Assembly: GCA_028698185.1 (NCBI GenBank)
Contig: JAQVDW010000049.1
Coordinates: forward strand, 1 to 7,737
Length of the DNA: 7,737 nt
Source: Erysipelotrichaceae bacterium
GTDB lineage: Bacteria; Bacillota_I; Bacilli_A; Erysipelotrichales; Coprobacillaceae
Direction of reading: 5' to 3'
Positions 5,519 through 7,737 of the stretch are shown here, one piece after another. The notes under the pieces were generated by a model that had not been told where the DNA came from, did no database searches, and saw only the letters and a list, made by a program, of their open reading frames with translations. A program made the translations under genes and the position numbers. Numbering within the stretch: position 1 is the first letter of the stretch; every line of letters begins with the position of its first letter.

Positions 5519-5575
5519 TTTGCAAACAACACGCAAACCATGAATTTAACCGTGTAGTTATAAACTCTTGATAAA

Positions 5576-5609
5576 AAACAAACAAAAAATATTGACTTTT
5601 TGTTTGTTT
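5576..5609. promoter_or_regulatory. Perfect 13-bp inverted repeat bracketing the lacA -35 box; candidate LacR operator
   Basis: AAACAAACAAAAA (5576-5588) and TTTTTGTTTGTTT (5597-5609) are separated by ATATTGAC. Confidence 0.4.
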
Positions 5610-5620
5610 GTTTGTATAGT
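5592..5620 (+). promoter_or_regulatory. lacABC promoter
   Basis: TTGACT (5592-5597), exactly 17-nt spacer, TATAGT (5615-5620), followed by a ~120-nt leader to lacA. Confidence 0.6.
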
Positions 5621-5743
5621 GGAGTTGTAGAAAAGAGTGAAAGCACTTTAATGACAAGTGAAATATCCTTTTCGGGCAAATATGCATAATTTGTTTTAAA
5701 AATTGTTTGTAACATCAAAATTAAATGAATAGGAGAAAGTGAA

Positions 5744-6175
5744 ATGGCGATTGTAATTGGTGCGGACGCAACAGGTGAAAATCTCAAGAATACCATTAGA
5801 GATTACCTGCAAGAAGGCGGGTTTGCTGTAATTGATGTTAGTGAGAAGGAAGTTAAGGATTTTGTTGACACAACGTTGGACGTAGTTCGTGAAGTAAACA
5901 AAGCTGAAGAAAATTTGGGAATCGTGGTCGATGCCTATGGGGTAGGAACATTCATGGTGGCAACTAAAATCAAAGGGATGATTGCAGCCGAAGTCTCTGA
6001 TGAGCGTTCTGCGTATATGACCAGAGGACACAACAATTCAAGAATTATTACAATAGGATCTGAAATTGTTGGTACTACACTGGCAAAGAATATTGTAAAA
6101 GGTTTTGTGAATGGAAAATATGATGGTGGACGCCACCAAATTCGAGTTGACATGCTCAATAAAATGGGTCGATAG
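5744..6175 (+). CDS. lacA: Galactose-6-phosphate isomerase subunit LacA (RpiB/LacA/LacB family)
   Basis: 143 aa. MAIVIGAD...[72 protein letters not shown] is near-identical in its motifs to staphylococcal/streptococcal LacA as I recall it. AGGAG SD 8 nt upstream. Confidence 0.95.
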   Translation: MAIVIGADATGENLKNTIRDYLQEGGFAVIDVSEKEVKDFVDTTLDVVREVNKAEENLGIVVDAYGVGTFMVATKIKGMIAAEVSDERSAYMTRGHNNSRIITIGSEIVGTTLAKNIVKGFVNGKYDGGRHQIRVDMLNKMGR

Positions 6176-6190
6176 GAGTGAGGTAGAAAA

Positions 6191-6706
6191 ATGAAAATTG
6201 CAATTGGATGTGACCATATCGTAACCGGAGTCAAAATGGCAGTATCAGATTATTTGAAATCTATTGGACACGAGGTTATTGATTTTGGAACATATGACTA
6301 TACGAGAACACATTACCCTATATATGGTAAAAAAGTTGGTGATGCCGTAGCAAAGGGCGAAGCCGACTTGGGTGTTTGCATATGCGGAACAGGTGTTGGG
6401 ATCAATAATGCCGTGAACAAGGTTCCCGGAATTCGTTCAGCATTGGTCAGAGACATGACTTCGGCCATTTATGCCAAAGAAGAACTAAATGCCAATGTAA
6501 TCGGATTTGGGGGAAAAATTACTGGTGAACTTTTGATGTGCGACATAATTGAAGCTTTCATCAATGCCAAATATATTGAAACAGAAGAAAACAAAAAGCT
6601 TATTGCCAAAATATCAGCGGTCGAAACTTCGAACGAGGACCAAAACAACCCTCATTTTTTCGATGAATTTTTGGAAAAATGGGATCGTGGGGAATACGTT
6701 GATTAA
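6191..6706 (+). CDS. lacB: Galactose-6-phosphate isomerase subunit LacB
   Basis: 171 aa. [41 protein letters not shown]...[64 protein letters not shown]...[10 protein letters not shown] matches LacB. GGAGTGAGG SD. Confidence 0.95.
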   Translation: MKIAIGCDHIVTGVKMAVSDYLKSIGHEVIDFGTYDYTRTHYPIYGKKVGDAVAKGEADLGVCICGTGVGINNAVNKVPGIRSALVRDMTSAIYAKEELNANVIGFGGKITGELLMCDIIEAFINAKYIETEENKKLIAKISAVETSNEDQNNPHFFDEFLEKWDRGEYVD

Positions 6707-6720
6707 TTGGAGGATAAAAT

Positions 6721-7680
6721 ATGATTCTAACCGTTACTATGAACCCTTCGGTTGATATCGCATATCATCTTGATAGCTTTGTAACCGATGCGGTCAACCG
6801 TGCAGGTGAAACCCATAAGACACCAGGTGGAAAAGGATTGAATGTCACAAGGGTTTTGTCCCAATTAGGCGAACACGTTGTTGCCAGCGGATTGCTTGGT
6901 GGAAAGACGGGAGAGTTTTTAGAACTCGAACTAGACAAGGCAAAGATAAAACACTCTTTTTATAAGGTCTCAGGCGATACTAGAAACTGTATTGCAGTCT
7001 TGCATGAAGGACAGCAGACGGAAATTCTGGAACCAGGTCCGGAAATATCTGAAAGAGAAGCCCGAGAATTCATGAACTATTTCGCAAAAATTGTACCTGA
7101 TTACAAAATTGTGGCAATATCGGGAAGTCTGCCTAAAGGCATGCCTGTTGATTATTATTCACAAATGATCGAACATTGCGTGAAAAATGAAGTACCTGTG
7201 GTATTGGACTGTTCCGGGGATGCCCTTTTAGAAGTATTGAAAGGGAAAAGCAAACCTAGGGCAATCAAACCAAACATCGATGAATTGTCCCAAATTCTTG
7301 GAATCGAAGTTGGTGAGGATTTCTCCAGCCTGAAATCAGCTTTATCTAAGGATATTTTTGAAGAAATCGAATGGGTGATAGTGTCCCTGGGTTCGAATGG
7401 CGGATTTGCGAAACACGGTGACAAATATTACAAGGTGAATATCCCTGATATTTCTGTTGTGAATCCGGTGGGTTCTGGAGACTCGATGGTTGCCGGAATC
7501 ACAGCTGCGTTGCACAATCGCCAAACTGATGAGAACTTATTGAAGATGGCAAATAGCTTGGGGATGTTAAATGCTCAGGAAAAACAAACAGGAAGGGTCA
7601 ACCTATCCAATTATTTGAATGACCACATGCTTCAGGTGAACTTTTTTACTCGGTTTTATCCTAAATTGAATTTGCGATAG
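6721..7680 (+). CDS. lacC: Tagatose-6-phosphate kinase (PfkB family)
   Basis: 319 aa. MILTVTMNPSVDI, GGKGLNVTRVL, GDTRNCIAVLHEGQQTEILEPGPEI, AISGSLPKG, IKPNIDEL, the PfkB signature NPVGSGDSMVAGI, and GMLNAQE. GGAGG SD 7 nt upstream. The last ~13 residues extend past where the LacC sequences I recall end. Confidence 0.93.
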   Translation: MILTVTMNPSVDIAYHLDSFVTDAVNRAGETHKTPGGKGLNVTRVLSQLGEHVVASGLLGGKTGEFLELELDKAKIKHSFYKVSGDTRNCIAVLHEGQQTEILEPGPEISEREAREFMNYFAKIVPDYKIVAISGSLPKGMPVDYYSQMIEHCVKNEVPVVLDCSGDALLEVLKGKSKPRAIKPNIDELSQILGIEVGEDFSSLKSALSKDIFEEIEWVIVSLGSNGGFAKHGDKYYKVNIPDISVVNPVGSGDSMVAGITAALHNRQTDENLLKMANSLGMLNAQEKQTGRVNLSNYLNDHMLQVNFFTRFYPKLNLR

Positions 7681-7737
7681 AAGTGTGTTCTGCGGTTTCT
7701 AAATTTCTTGTTTTCCTTAACTTTTTCACCCTCTTAG

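Noticed and set aside
5599-5614. (TTTG)4 tract in the lacA promoter spacer as a phase-variation microsatellite
   Set aside because: Four units is short for slipped-strand switching, and the tract is better explained as one arm of the 13-bp inverted repeat. It is worth revisiting only if strains differ in unit number.
5638-5651. cre-like (CcpA) site TGAAAGCACTTTAA in the lacA leader
   Set aside because: It has two mismatches to TGWAANCGNTNWCA, including the central CG. That is too weak to call without a scoring matrix, though catabolite control of a lac operon would be plausible.
4574-5796. Minus-strand ORFs 4574..5143 (189 aa) and 5248..5796 (182 aa)
   Set aside because: The first is antisense to glcK. 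The second runs through the glcK terminator and the lacA promoter and leader. Their sequences are low-complexity and match no family.
7684-7700. GTTCTGCGG... resembling the GGTTCTGTTGCAAA terminal inverted repeat of IS6-family elements (IS257/IS1216)
   Set aside because: Only about 7-8 consecutive bases match and the terminal GG is imperfect. No transposase sequence is visible in the remaining 40 nt. It cannot be judged without downstream sequence.
1-7737. CRISPR arrays, tRNA/rRNA genes, integrase or transposase genes, known defence-system genes
   Set aside because: I found no regularly spaced direct repeats, no cloverleaf-compatible segments, and no ORFs with recombinase, nuclease or ATPase motifs on either strand.

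Overview
The window looks Firmicutes-like: strong GGAGG-type ribosome-binding sites, sigma-A style promoters and intrinsic terminators. It falls into three blocks. (1) 1-2150 is comparatively GC-rich and holds a stop-interrupted or 5'-truncated nadA remnant, an intact NifS-type cysteine desulfurase and a 63-aa 7-Cys ferredoxin. (2) 2150-3440 is AT-rich and poorly coding. It holds a good promoter, two short overlapping transmembrane ORFs, an 83-aa soluble ORF, then a decayed second copy of the membrane-ORF module, closed by a bidirectional terminator. (3) 3529-7680 holds a divergent DeoR-family repressor (lacR-like), a ROK glucokinase, and lacA-lacB-lacC of the tagatose-6-phosphate pathway. I saw no CRISPR array, tRNA/rRNA, clear mobile element or recognisable defence system. 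The items most worth checking are: (a) the glucokinase has a perfect SD+ATG that is one base out of frame with the gene body across an A7 run; (b) the duplicated, partly decayed small-membrane-protein/83-aa ORF cluster, which is the only candidate here for undescribed biology, with function unknown; (c) the nadA remnant beside an intact nifS; (d) AAACA/TGTTT inverted repeats over the lac-locus promoters. All homology calls come from reading the translations by eye; no searches were run.
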